Shown here in pieces: positions 47,235-60,795 of a stretch of 64,000 bases of DNA (the stretch's first letter is position 1; every line of letters begins with the position of its first letter). The stretch is taken from assembly GCF_009914755.1 (NCBI RefSeq), contig NC_060934.1; one strand, given 5' to 3'. Under the pieces are notes generated by a model. The model had not been told where the DNA came from. It saw only the letters and a program-made list of their open reading frames with translations, and did not search any database. This DNA is from the human T2T-CHM13v2.0 reference genome, Homo sapiens. Made by a program: the position numbers and the translations under genes.

Positions 47235-47960
47235 AACAGATGTGAACTACGGATTAGAACTCGTGGAAAAGGTTGTTTACCGAAACTAGGGGCGAGGGAG
47301 CAAAGAGAACCAGGAAGTTAAACTTTAAAATGGAGAACAAGGAATAAGAGAGCTGAACATACTGACATACTGATTCTTTGAAGAGAAATTTGGAGTTCAC
47401 TATATTTAACAGTAAGGGGAAGCTGCCTTCTGCTGCTAGGAGGACAGGCTGCAGCCAACCAGGGCCAATCCCACCTCAGCTGAGAAGGATTCACCAGGAA
47501 TAAAGGCGTCTCACAGGTACAGGCAGGTCTCCCCCATCGTGCCAGGAGAGACGGGGGCAGCAAGTGTGTCTATCTTATCTCAGATTCCCAAGAGTCTGCC
47601 TCAGAACAGGCACCCCATACGTATTTGATATATGAATGAGTGAATGAGTAAATGAATGAATGGATGGGTGGACATTCTAATCAAGTTATTTGGGAAAGGC
47701 CAGTTATGAAGAAGATGCACTTTCTAGGGCACATGAGGTCTCTAACTGGGGCCCACCTGAAGCTGCGATGCTATCATTATTACCCTATTACCATGACAGA
47801 AGAGAGAATGGAAGGTACGGTGGGAGACAGTAAGTTAAAGCCACATCATCAGGGGTGAGGACAGTCACGAGTGTGTGCCATCTTTGAGTCTGAGTATCGG
47901 TTTCCTGGGACTGCCATAACAAAGCACACCACACTCCAGGTGGCTTAAAACAGCAGAAAT

Positions 47961-48218
47961 GGCACGGTGGCTCACACCTGTAATCCCAGCACTTTGGGAG
48001 GCTGAGGCGGGCAGATCATCTGAGGTCGGGGGTTCGAGACCAGCCTGACCAACATGGAGAAACCCCATCTCTACTACAAAAACTACAAAATTAGCTGGGT
48101 GTGGTGGCACATGCCTGTAATCCCAGCTACTCAGGAAGGCTGAGGCAGGAGAATCGCTTGAATCCGGGAGGCGGGGGCTGCAGTGAGCCAAGATCGCTCC
48201 ACTGCACTCCAGCCTGGG
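47961..48218 (+). mobile_element. Alu (AluSp-type) lacking its 3' end and poly-A tail
   Basis: Body stops at cactccagcctggg; flanked by aacagcagaaatgg duplication. Confidence 0.92.
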
Positions 48219-48485
48219 AACAGCAGAAATGGACTCTCTCATGGTTCTGAAGGATAGAGCTTCAAGGCATCAGCAGGGCCGTGGTCTCTCTAAAAGCTCT
48301 AGGGGAGGATCCTTCCCTGCTTCTTCCGATGTCCATTGGCTGCCTGCAACCCTTGGCTTGTAGCCACATCACTCCGATCTCCACCTGCGACGTCACATGG
48401 CATTCTCCCTGTGTGCCTCTGTGTGTCTGTTTTCTCTTCTTAAGGACACCAGTCATTGGATTAAGGGCCCACCCTCATCCAGTAT

Positions 48486-48631
48486 GACCTCCTCTTGATT
48501 GATAACATTTGTAAAGACCCTGTTTCTAAATAAGATCACATCCAAGGTTGTAGGGGGACCTCCTCTTGATTGATTATATCTACAAGGACCCTGTTTCTAA
48601 ATAAGATCACATTGGAGGTTCTGAGGGGGAC
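48486..48631. repeat. 71-bp tandem duplication inside the MLT1
   Basis: gacctcctcttgattgat...gaccctgtttctaaataagatcacat at 48486 and 48557. Confidence 0.85.
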
Positions 48632-49561
48632 ATGAATTCTGGGGACACTATTCAGCCTGGTGCAGTCAGTCGTGGCGAGCCCTGAACAAATGCCCACTGC
48701 GAGAGGCCATCCTTCCGAACTGAGCTGCTTCTGTACAGTGAGCGGTGGGCTTCTTGCTGCGCAGCTGAACCCAGGCCCAGAGTTTGAGACAGGCCAGGAG
48801 AGAAATCTGTGGTTCCCCGTGTGACCTGCCATCTCAACCTCAAATCCCAGAGTACTTTGCACAGGGAGAGGCTTTGGCATTCTTGTTGTTGGAAAAGTAG
48901 CGATTTAGCACCATTAGCGAGTCACAGAGAGGACAGAAAACAAAACCAGGACAGGGTTAATGGGGAGGAAGTATCTTCTCACATCCACTCACCACCTATG
49001 GGATCTGGTGACCTTAGAAATGAGGCAGCCACAGAACAAAATAGCCAAACCTCAGGCAGGGCAAGGAGGAAGAAGGGGAAATTGGGAAAAATCAAGTGTA
49101 TTGAGCACTAACCATGCACTGGTGCTCATTTAGTCTTCACAGAGTCCCCGATCAGGAATGGAGGGGCTGCTGGAAACTTACAATCAAAACAAGAGCAGCC
49201 TCTTCTGCTTCCTAGGGGAGTAGCAGAGTTCTTCTCACAGAACTCATGGTTTTGAAACGCAAGGCGCCAGCTAGCCAGGATGGAAGAAGGTTTCTATCAG
49301 AAAAAACCCAGACATTCCGCCCACCACCCTAACCCAGAAGCCCCAGAGACAGGAAGCCAGGGGACAGCAGAGACAGAGACCGGAAATGAGAAGCAGAGAC
49401 AGATAGGAAAGATCTCCCCAGGGAGAGCACAGTTCTAACACCAGTGTGGCAGGGCAGCGGGCTAGACTGAGGAGGAAGGCAGTGAGCAACAGGTTGGTTC
49501 CCCTTGCTGGGATGACAAGAAAACTCAGGAAGAGAAACGCTGATTGCCCAGGCTGCCCCTT

Positions 49562-49671
49562 TGTTATCCCCAGACCTTCTGCAATACTTACGCATACAAA
49601 TCGGCATCAGAAGGTCTGTTATCCCCACACCTTCTGCAATACTCATGCATACAAATCGGCATCAGTGGAGA
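49562..49671. repeat. 55-bp tandem duplication
   Basis: tgttatcccca(g/c)accttctgcaatact(t/c)a(c/t)gcatacaaatcggcatcag at 49562 and 49617. Confidence 0.9.
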
Positions 49672-50006
49672 CTGCTGTTCTAGCACCCAGAGCCACCGGC
49701 AGGAAAGACCTAAGGCAACCCAGAGCAGAGCTGGGACCCACAGGTGGTAGAAGACAGGTGGGCAGCCACCCCAGAGCCCCCAGAAACCCTAGGGAAGGAG
49801 GAGATTTGGGATTTCCCTTAGGACTGGGAGGAACATTTGTGTTATTTTATTTGAATGTTTTATGAAAGCATGACCACAGAAGTTGAAGGACTTAGTCACA
49901 CCCCTACAGCGAAGGTATTCCCTCTACTCCATAGGAAAGTAAACCATAGAACATCTGCACGGGCTACCTGAGACCACAGTTGCTGAGGAGCAAAAGTGGA
50001 ATTTGA

Positions 50007-50310
50007 GGCTGGGCGCAGTGGCTCAGGCCTGTAATCCCAGCACTTTGGGAGGCCGAGGCGGGTGGATGACGAGGTCAGGAGATCAAGACCATCCTGGCTG
50101 ACACGGTGAAACCCCATCTCTACTAAAAATACAAAAAATTAGCCGGGTGTGGTGGTGGGGGCCTGTAGTCCCAGCTACCCGGAGGCTAAGGCAGGAGAAT
50201 AGCGTGAACCTGGGAGGCGGAGGTTGCAGTGAGCCCAGACCACGCCACTGCACTCCAGCCTGGGCGACAGAGCGAGACTCCGTCTCAAAAAAAAAAAAAA
50301 AAAAAAAAAA
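50007..50310 (+). mobile_element. Alu (AluSc/Y-type)
   Basis: Full length with A24 tail; TSD aaaagtggaatttg. Confidence 0.95.
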
Positions 50311-51552
50311 GTGGAATTTGCACCCAGGTCTGAGCTGAGCCAAAGCTCATGTCCCTTCTGTCCACCAGGCTTCTCCTGAAAGGGGTGTGAACTCATCTGC
50401 TTTTTAAGTCCCTGGCAACCAGAAGGGCTCAGCTGGTACTCAGCAACTCCAATAAGCTTGTCTATGCCCATCAAAAAGAAGCTCGCTGATGACATCACCC
50501 TCAGCAAAAGGAGGCCCAGAATGAGGAAGCCAATGGCTGCTTGATGCCCTCTACCTAATTCCTATCTTTTTAAGAGTCCAGGCCTGGGGACCAAATGAAC
50601 GATCAACCCATTGCCACAAGAGGGTATTCAGACTACAGGCCCGACTTTGCAAGCAAAAATGGAAGGGAGCAAAGCAAATCAATTTATGTACAAAGTCTTG
50701 CACCCATGGTGACCCAACAGAGCAACAGACCATCCTTTCTCCAATTTGTTCATCTCCATGATGGGTGGGGTGGCTGGCTGAAACATCACAGTTTAGCAAG
50801 ACAGGCGGTGGCCTTACAATTAAAATAGCTTTTCAATAATTATGAACCAGTGAACATGGGCTGGGAGGATGTGCGTATCAGGAGGAAGGATACAGTGTGT
50901 CACCTGCTCTTGGCCGACTTGGAGGACTGACTCCCAGGCACTGCCTTTTGGCGGCTCCTCTGTGCTTGAGGGAGTGGCTCCTGTCCACAGATCTCTGTGC
51001 CCATCACTAGGTTCTGTAAGTCACACCCAAGAACCCTGGACATCTCAGTGCTGTACAAAGGGAGGACAGTCGCTCAGACCTGGCCAGGAAGACGAGGTGG
51101 AAAGAGTGACAACTTCCCCCAAAGACATCAAAGCCCCACACATTCATCATATAAGCTACTGGGCAGTTCCAGGGGCTCAAGCACTGCCACCCCAGTATCT
51201 TGAAGGTCATTTGCTAGGATGCTGGGTGCCAACGCTGTAGCCTAGTGGGGTAATCATGTGCAAAGCTCACCTGGTCCTTTTAAGAACCAGGCAGCATGTA
51301 ATGCAGTGCTGTTTGCAACAGCAAAATCTCTGAAAACCACCAAGGCCATGACCATCTGGCCAGTCAGCTGGCACAGTTCTTAACTCGCTTTTTTTTATTG
51401 TTAAAATTTTATCTTCAGAAATCTCCCCAGGTTCTGATAAGCATAGATATTCAGTGCAAAATGGACTAGTCCATTTGACCTTAGAAAAGAGGACTTTCTT
51501 TTATTGTTTTTTATTAATAGCAATCAAATCATTTTTATTTATTTATTTAAGA

Positions 51553-51554
<2 letters not shown>

Positions 51555-51602
<48 letters not shown>

Positions 51603-51610
51603 GTGTGTGT
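51555..51610. repeat. (GT)n microsatellite, ~28 units with one GC interruption
   Basis: Directly visible; occupies the tail position of the adjacent Alu. Confidence 0.97.
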
Positions 51611-51611
51611 A

Positions 51612-51895
51612 TTTGAGACAGGGTCTCACTCTGTCACCCAGACTGGAGTGCAGTGGTGCGATCTCGGCTCACTGCGACCTCACCTCCTGGGCTCAGGTGA
51701 TTCTTGTGCCTCACCCTCCCAAGTAGCTGGGATTACAGGCACCCGCCACCATGCCTGGATAATTTTTGTATTTTTAGTAGAGACGGGGTTTCAGCATGTT
51801 GGCCAGGCTGGTCTCGAACTCCTGACCTCAAGTGATCCACCTGCTTCAGCCTTGCAAAGTGCTGGGATTACAGGTGGGAGCCACCATGCCCTGCC
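51612..51895 (-). mobile_element. Alu (AluS/J-type)
   Basis: gagacagggtctcactctgtcaccc ... gctgggattacaggtgggagccacc. Confidence 0.93.
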
Positions 51896-51899
51896 AAAT

Positions 51900-52080
51900 T
51901 ATTTTTAATTGTGGAAAACTACACATAACATAAAGGTTACCACTTGACCATTTTTCCAGTGTATAGTGCAGTAGTGATGAGTACATACACCTTGCTGTGA
52001 AACCACCAGCCATCTCCAGAATGTTTTCATCTTGCAAAACTGACAGTCTGTACCCACTCAACAACAACTCTCCATTTTCT
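51900..52080 (-). mobile_element. L1MB-type 3' end
   Basis: tttaattgtggaaaactacacataacataaag...catctccagaatgttttcatcttgcaaaactga. Confidence 0.7.
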
Positions 52081-54399
52081 TTGACTTTTGAGCTTTAAAA
52101 ATTCTATTAATAGACCATGGTATATGGTAATTCACTTTTCAGCTCAAAAATTTCTGGAAACATTATGCATAGAGTCTTAAAAAGCACCAGCACCCTCATC
52201 CGCCCCCACCGGAGAGTTCACAGGAAGATAGTGAGGGAAGAAGGGGACAGAACAAAGAGACGCAGAAGCAAAGGTAAATCAATGTTTCGTGAGAAAGAGG
52301 CCTGGAAAGTGCAGACTCGGAGAGGCTACGTTTAAACCACGAGGTCACCTTGGGTCATCCCTGGCTCTGGCCTCAATAACTTTTACAAAGGAATCTCCCT
52401 AGCACCGGGGTGATAAGCAAGACTCATTTTGGGCCCCTGAGCTGCCCCATCCTTGGACATGATGACCCCATCAGGCAGCATGCGTGAACAGCCGCTCCCC
52501 TCTGAGCAAACTGCTAAGTAACTTCTAGAAAAAAAAAATGGTCCTCAATATTTGGGGGGTGGAAAATAGAACCATTCTGAGTCCATACATGAATTCAGAT
52601 TTCACAGTGTAACCCTGACTTTGTGAGGGTTTAAAGGCCCTCCAGGGCCCATCTTCAAACACACACACACCAAGAATAACTTCACAGGGAAGTATTTATT
52701 TCATGAGACTCTCATAGGCTGCCTTTTTGCCCTTTGCCAACAACAGATGAGTTCCTACCCGCAGAGAAAAGCTGCGGCCCTACTTTTTCAAGCAAGCAGA
52801 CCAAGGCTGTGCTGAGCAGAATAGGAGAGCAAGACTCCTGGGCTGGCATCAAGAGGGCCAGAGCCCATAAATGCCTCCTGAAGATACCTGTGCCCACAGT
52901 CGCCCTGTGCTGGAGAGCCCAGCGGGTCCAGGATGCCGGGACCAGTCCTGAGGCAGTTCCTGCACCAGCCCGCCACAGAAGGAGGCCCACATCCACGATC
53001 AGGCCTTCCACATTCTCTCTGCATCGGCCTTGAAACTGGGCACATTCTTTGTACCAGCAATCCTATTTATCATAATCTAATTTCAGGAAATAATTGTGGA
53101 TACACACAAAAGAAGGACAGAGCAATAAGAATGTTCTCTGTGGGGTTGTTTACAGAATCCAGTGATTAGAAACAACTGAACTTCCAACCGTCTGAGGCAG
53201 ATTGAAAACATGGCATTTTTTCCATGGGCTAGGGGAGAAGCATCCCAAAGACAGATGGTCTCTAATGGTTTTGATGACACAAAAAAACTTGCACAATCGA
53301 ATAAGTACATATAAATATAAAACACACAAAAAATATGACCAGTGTGAGGGTAAGCAGTTAGGTAGATAGATCTGTCTTTCTCACCAACATGAGGTTTGTA
53401 TTCTAAAAATCTGAGGTTGGCTAGCAAGATCATGAATACTACGGGATTGAGAGAAAAACAATTAAATGACCTTCAGTATGCTTCAAAAATACAGGAAATG
53501 TAAGTTCATGAAGAGGGGGTTACTACAGAAATAGCATCAGAGCTGGTACCCTGCCCCAGGCAGTGCTGGGAGGGACTACGAGTCCCATAGGTAGCCAGCC
53601 CTGCACCTCACACTAGGCAGGAGTGGGAAGGCCTCACTGGAGAGTTTGGGGGATGAGCGACGACTGTGCCCCATGTCCCCACGGCCTGACTGCGTGGGTG
53701 GACTGCGGGTGAACAGGAATGTGAAGTTTCCTATAGGCCCCATGAAGTGATGAGGCCCTGTAGGGGGTGATCTCAGGCCAGCCACCTTCTTTGGAGATGT
53801 GTGGTCAGGATGAAGAGGCTGCAGCCTGCAGGCTCCATCCAGGCACAAGCTTGGAATGCCTGAAAGGCTGAGACAGAGCAGCCTGTGCAGAGAAGACATT
53901 ACCAAAGATGCAGGTGGCACATGTGAATTCAAACCCCCTTTCTTCAAGCCACCCCGAGGTTACCCCCAAATATCTCATGTGAAAATAAGGCAAGTGGAAT
54001 ACTACCTGAGTAAGCATTTACCCAAAGACACAGGCTTCCAAGAGCAGCTACTTCATCAGAAAAAGACTGTCAATTGTTTAGAATGAACTTCTACTCCCTC
54101 CTACCCCACCGCCACTACCCAGTGTAATGGTACCTGCCAATGACAAATAAACGTGTTCTCCCAAATTTCAACATAATTTTCTTTTTTCTCACTTCTGAGT
54201 GGTAGGCATCATCTTAAAATCACTATAGGCAAAACTACACTTGGCAAGGGACTTTAGTAGCCCAATTGTTCACTGTGCTTCCCAGTGGGCTTATGGGAAA
54301 TGTTTACTCATTTTCTTTTTGGTTCACTTATGTTTTCTAAATATTCTACCATAGACATGTATTTTTTTACATAAGAAAACAACTGCTTGGTTTATTATT

Positions 54400-54733
54400 A
54401 CTTTTTACCTTTTTATTTTTTTGAGACAGGGTCTCACTCCATTGCCCAGGCTGGAGTGTAGTGGTGCTATTTCGGCTCACTGCAGCCTTGACCTCTGGGC
54501 TCAAGTGATCCTCCTGCCTCAGCCTCCCAAGTAGCTGGGACTACAGGCTCACTCCACCATGCCTGGGTAATTTTTATATTTTATTTATTATTTATTTATT
54601 TTTATTTTTGTGGAGACAATGTCTCCCTTTGTGGCCCAGGCTGGTCTTGGATTTCCAGACTCAAGTGATTGATTCTGCCTCCTCAGCCTCCCAAAATGCT
54701 GGGATTACAGGCATGAGCTACTGTGCCTGGTCT
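54400..54733 (-). mobile_element. AluJ
   Basis: cactgcagccttgacctctgggctcaagtgatcctcc J-type diagnostics. Confidence 0.9.
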
Positions 54734-54749
54734 GCTTAGTTTATTTTTA

Positions 54750-54971
<222 letters not shown>

Positions 54972-55886
54972 CTATTTATGCTCATGGGAGAAAAGGAAAA
55001 TCTTTTAGTGCTTAATTACCAAGGGATAAAAAGTCAGAATTCACTCATTCAACAAGACTTTATTGAGGAAAACCTAATGTGTGCTGTGCATTGAAAAGAA
55101 AAAAAAAAAAAAAGAAATGAATCAGGCCTGGATCCTGCCCTCAGGAAGCCTCCATCTAGTTGGTATGCAGGGAGTGGGGCTGGTAATTATATACTGTAGA
55201 AAAAATCTATCGGTGTCACGGCAAAAGGACAACTAGAGAGCTTTGGGATTTCAGAAGATGGAGAGGACCAGGCAAAGTTTTGGGGAAGAGGGGCTGTTTG
55301 AACTGGCATTGAAGGAAAGCTATTTAGATCCGTAGGGATGAGAGGGTATCCAGAGAAAATGAACAATGAGTGCAGAAGCCTAAATATTGGATTCATAGGC
55401 AGAAGAGCAGCTGTTTCACTTGTACAAGGACACAGGACTGTGTGTAGGGGGTAAGAATGAGAAAGAAGGTTGAAAAAGGAGGCCACAGTCAAGACTAGTC
55501 AGACTATGTAAGACATTGGATACCATGCTAGGAATATGCACTTGAGAATCTGAGGAAGAGAGTGACAGGATCAGGACTAAGCTGGAGCTAATCATGGAAC
55601 TAAAAGGCCAAGGTCACCAAATGAAGTTAGGAAACTATTAAGAACAGCTGCAAGGGGCCCTAGCATGCCCCATGCATGCAACTTCCAGGGCTAACTTGCA
55701 AATTACATAAGAGGCTGCATTCCTGCAGTTGCCTGATGGGAGTAAATAAAGGCTGAATTTTACATTAGCTCTAAATGTGTGTCACTTGCTGCTGGGCTTC
55801 AGGGCAGGGAAAGGGTCTCTGTCCATCAGACTGTTGTGGTAGGTTTGAGTTGACAGAGAATCCACAAATCTCCAAAGAGTTGATCA

Positions 55887-56108
<222 letters not shown>

Positions 56109-56129
56109 TTAGAAGTGAGGAGAGCAGGT

Positions 56130-56340
56130 GCCAGAGGCAGATGGCACTGGGTCAAACCCTGGCTCCAGGACATTTACAGCTCTGTGACCTCAGTCAGGTA
56201 ACTAACTGACCCATCTATGCCACTATATATTCATCCATAATATGGGAATCATAAAGGCATCAACCTTAAAGAATTAATGTAAGCCTCAGTTTAATGCCCT
56301 TTAATCACTTAGAACAAGGCCTAGCCCCTAGTAATCACTA
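56130..56340 (+). mobile_element. MIR
   Basis: ctgggtcaaaccctggctcc...ctgtgacctcagtcaggtaactaac...cacttagaacaaggcctag. Confidence 0.55.
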
Positions 56341-57925
56341 ACCGTTGATCACAGATGTAAAGATATACAAATGTGTATGTAACTGTTTGCATTGAACACC
56401 TACATCACACCCAAGAAGCTCAGTGGAAAAATAATCTGGGTAAAGGTTGCAAACCGGTTTAAACATTTTGGTTAGGAAGCTGATTTGGGAATGTAACAAA
56501 TGAGATTTTACCAATCACAAAAATAAAATGTTGAGTCTCTAAGAGATACTGAGTTTCTCCTTGGCTGTCACAGCCACACAGACAATCCCCACCCCAGGAA
56601 GAATCCAGTGATGGCTGGACCCAAATAAATACCCCCATCATCACACCCTACTGCACAGAAATTTCTGGGGGTAAATTAGCCATAATTTGACTTTCCAGAG
56701 TGGAGGTTAACCTGATAGCCTTGGCAAGAAAAGCGACCTACATCTTTTTTTCTCTCTGCCTCAGTTTTTTATAATATTAGTTGTTGAACAATATAGGAAA
56801 GTCTTCCTGAGTACACCCCCTCTTTTAATTTTTTAAATATTGGAACTAAGAAGCAATTTACTAGTTTTTTGGTTTTTTTTTTTTTTTTTTTAGAAAATTC
56901 TGCCCATTAAAGTATTTGGAATCCTTTTCCTACTTGCCTGCTTGCCCTCAGGATTCAGATCTATCCAAATAAAGTTTTGAGTTTCCTGTCTGAATTTATA
57001 CTGCCCAGTAGAGTTTATTTCAAAAGAACAGCTGGTTCTATGCATTCTGGTTCATCCGACTGACTTGTCATGAAAATGATTCTTAGGTGATTTTATACAT
57101 GCTTGGAAACAAACCCTCATCTCACACCTTCTCTTCTTCTCCTCTCTCCTCCCCACCAGCTCTGTCTGAATACCCGTTAGAAGCCAGAATCGATCACACA
57201 CCACATTCCTCCTCTGAGAGTCACCAGTTTGAGCCCAGGGCTGGGGAGGGAGATGCATTAGCATTGCCTTAACAAGAAAAGCACCTCGGCAACAGCTCCT
57301 TCCTTTGCCCTGGAAAATTATCCACACCCAAAATAGCAACCTGTTTCCCACACACAAATAATTTCCGAATGACTTGTAGCTGCCGTTCCTTTGCTGCCTG
57401 TTTTTCAGCTGATAAGGCCCGAGGGTGATACAGCAAGACAGACAACAGAGGCGGGAGCTGTATCCTGCCGAGAGAGAGGTGATGAATGTAGGAAACCCCT
57501 CGGTCAAGAGAAGCACAAGACAATAAGAGGGGAGTAGAGAGAAAAATAAAAAGAAGTTCTCCAAAGAAAAAGGAGAGGGCAGGGAAAAAAAGGAAGTGAA
57601 AGCCAAGTCATAATTTCTCAAACTCAAAAAAAAAATAAGAATACCAATCCCCTACTTATGTTTGAATCGTAATTGTTTCTATGGCTCAGAACTATCTTCT
57701 GAACTGCAAAGCTACATCATATCCTCCTGCCTAGTTGACCCCTCCACTTAAAGTCTCTGCGACATCTCAAATTTAACTTGCTTTAAACGAACTGATTCAC
57801 GCCTTCCGCTCTACACTCTGACGTGACAGTCCACCAGAGGCCCTGCCCCAGGAAAGGTACTGCCATTCACCCAGGGAGACCAAAATCCCAGTGTTAGCCT
57901 GGGTGTCCCACCTTCCCTTCCTCCC

Positions 57926-58287
57926 TGATACGGTTTGGCTGTGTCCTCACCCAAATTTCATTTTGAATTGTAGCTCCCATAATCCCCACATGTTGTTGGG
58001 GGGACCCAGTGCGAGGTAATTAAATCATGGGGGCAGGTTCTTCCCATCTCATTCTCATGATAGTGAATAAGTCTCACAAGACCTGACGGTTTTGTAAAGG
58101 GCAGTTTCCCTGCACACGCTCTCTTGCCTGCCGCCAGGTGAGACATGACTGCTCCTCTTTCGCTTTCCACCGTGATTGTGAGGCCTCCCCAGCCATGTGG
58201 AACTGTGAGTCCATTAAATCTCTTTTTCTTTATAAGTTACCTAGTCTCGGGTATTTCTCCATAGCAGTATGAAAACAGAATAACACA
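57926..58287 (+). mobile_element. THE1 (B/C-type) MaLR LTR, inserted in an L2 remnant
   Basis: tgatacggtttggctgtgtcctcacccaaa ... ccagccatgtggaactgtgagtccattaaa; near-TSD ctccc/ttccc. Confidence 0.9.
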
Positions 58288-59959
58288 TTCCCCTATATTG
58301 AATCCATCACCAAGTTCTGTCAATTTTAACTCCCGCATTTTCAAGAATGTATCCAACTCTCTCCACCTCCCCTGCCACCACCCCAGTTCACTCTCTCAGG
58401 CCCCCTGGCATCTAAATTGCTCCCCCATCTATCTTGCAGGCAAGAGCTTACTTTTCTAATGAAATATGATCATGTCATCCCTGCTTAAAATAGCTCTTAT
58501 TTTAAGTATTCTTATATTAAATATTGTGCTATCTTAGTATTAACAAAATCCCCATCACGTTCTACGAGACCCTTGCTTGCCTTGCGTTCTCCGTGTTCTT
58601 TCTTTCAATTCCTAATACTGTTTATACTCTCTCTTGCCCCAGGGCCTTTGCACATACTGCTGCAGCTGTTTGAACTCCTCCTCTTCTCTCCTCCTCTGTC
58701 TGCCTTTAAATTATTCAGACCTCATACCAAGTAAAAAAGCTAGTCTTAACCCTTCAATCTAGCCAATTTCTTTCTTATATGCTTTCTTTCATAGTTTAAT
58801 TCAGTTTGTAATTTCATACTCCTTTCTGGAATTACTTGATACTGTCGTTCTCTCCCACTGACGTATAAGCATCTCACAGATGGAGGAAGGAGGGCACATG
58901 GCACTTGGAGGACAGAAAGGATGCTGGTGCCCCAGGAGAGCAGAGGAAGGGACAGGGGAGCAGAGGCCAGGGCATGGTAGGCTTTTAGGCCATTTGATAC
59001 GAGTGGAACTTCCTCTGCCAGGCAGTAGGGAGCTACCCCTCTTGAAGTTCGCCAAGGGTGGTCAAAGTACCTGAAGACCAATTAGAAAGTATCCTCTACT
59101 TCCAAAAGTTCCACCATAATAGAATGCTTGCCAATCAGAGGCTGTCTTTGTTTTTTCCCTGTTTAGAAAACTAACTCCCCTTTCTACCGCCTTTGAACCA
59201 CTGCCGAAATAAGCGTGATCACAGATGGGTCCTCTTGTCCTAGGTTTATAAAGGCTTTGTTCATTTTGTTTCAGACCTAGTTTCGTCTTTGATAATTCTT
59301 ATCGTTGCTTATAATTATGCTTTATTCATTCTCACTGCATTCTACTACTCTACTCTGAGAACAGACACCACAATTTATTTATCCATTTTATTGCTAATGG
59401 GGATTTGAGTAGTTTCCAGTTTGGATTATTAGGAAGAGTGCTTCTGTGAACATTCCTGCATGTATATTTTAGTGAATTTATACAAAATTCTGTTTGGTGT
59501 ATAATTAGGAGTGGAATTGCTAGGTCATAGGGTCAGAGGGTAGACATGTTCATATACCTACGTTCAGCCGCATTATTTTCCAAATTAATTATACCTATTT
59601 GTACTCAGACCAGCAATAAACAAGAGTCTGGTTATTCCATGCTCTTATTGACACTTGTTATTATCTTCCTTTTTTATTTTAGCCATTCTTGATAGATGTA
59701 TCCTTTTATCTCATTGTTGATTTATTTTAAGTTACTTGGTGACTAATGAAGTTCGATATTTTGTATGTTCATTGGGTATTTGAACACCATCTTTTGAGAA
59801 GTGCCTACTCAAGTTTTCCCCCTTTTTCAATTAAGTTGTCTGTCTTTCTCACATTGATTTATAGAGCTCTTTATACATTCTAGATATGAGTTGAATATAT
59901 ATATATATTGCAAACATCTCCTCCAATTTGTCTTCCTTTTCATCCTCTTTGTAGTACCC

Positions 59960-60245
59960 TTTTTTTTTTTTTTTTTTTTTTTTTGAGACAGCGTTTTGCT
60001 CTGTCACCCAGACTGCAGCCTCCCAGGCTCAAGCAATTCACCCACCTCAGAGCCTCCCAAGTGGCTGGGACTACAGGCATGCACCACCATACCCAGCTAA
60101 TCTTTGTATTTTGTTTGTTTGTTTTTGTAGAGATGGGGTTTTGCCATGTTGCCCAGGCTTGTCTCAAACTCCTGGGCTCAAGTGATCTACCCACCTTGGC
60201 CTCTCAGAGTGCTGGGATTACAGGTGTGTGCCACCATGCCCAGCC
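59960..60245 (-). mobile_element. AluJ
   Basis: Poly-T tail, ctcctgggctcaagtgatc; near-TSD tgt(a/g)gta(c/t)cttt. Confidence 0.9.
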
Positions 60246-60483
60246 TGTGGTATCTTTTGATGACAAAAAATTCTTAATATAATCCAATCTTAGCCATTTT
60301 TTTCTTTATGGCTTTCAGTATTTTTGTTCTTTTCAATAAATTTTTGCCTACTCCAAGATGATAAAGATATTAACTGATGTTTCTTCTAAAAAACATTATT
60401 GCTTTACCTTTCACATTTAAGATCTGCAATCCATTTGGAGTTGATTACCATATAGTGTGACGGGTCAAGATACATGGTTTTCT

Positions 60484-60795
60484 TCTGTTTTTTGTTTTTG
60501 TTTTTGTTTTTTTGAGACAGAGTCTCTCTCTGTCACTCAGGCTGGGGTGCAGTGATGCGATCTCGGCTCACTGCAACCTCTGCCTCCTGGGTTCAAGCGA
60601 TTCTCCTGCCTCAGCTTCCTAAGTATCTGGGACTACAGGCACGTGCCACCACGCCCAGCTAATTTTTTGTATTTTTAGTAGAGAGGGGTTTCATCATGTT
60701 TGCCAAGATGGTCTCGATGTCCTGACCTCATGATCTGCCTGCCTCAGCCTCCCAAAGTGCTGGGATTTACAGGCATGAATCACTGCACCCAGCCC
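60484..60795 (-). mobile_element. Alu (AluSc-type)
   Basis: Full length; TSD atacatggtttt. Confidence 0.93.

Larger units (their letters stand above)
47891..48662 (-). mobile_element. MLT1C/D-type MaLR LTR interrupted by an Alu
   Basis: tttcctgggactgccataacaaagcac...tggcttaaaacagcagaaat ... aaggacaccagtcattggattaagggcccaccct. Confidence 0.8.
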
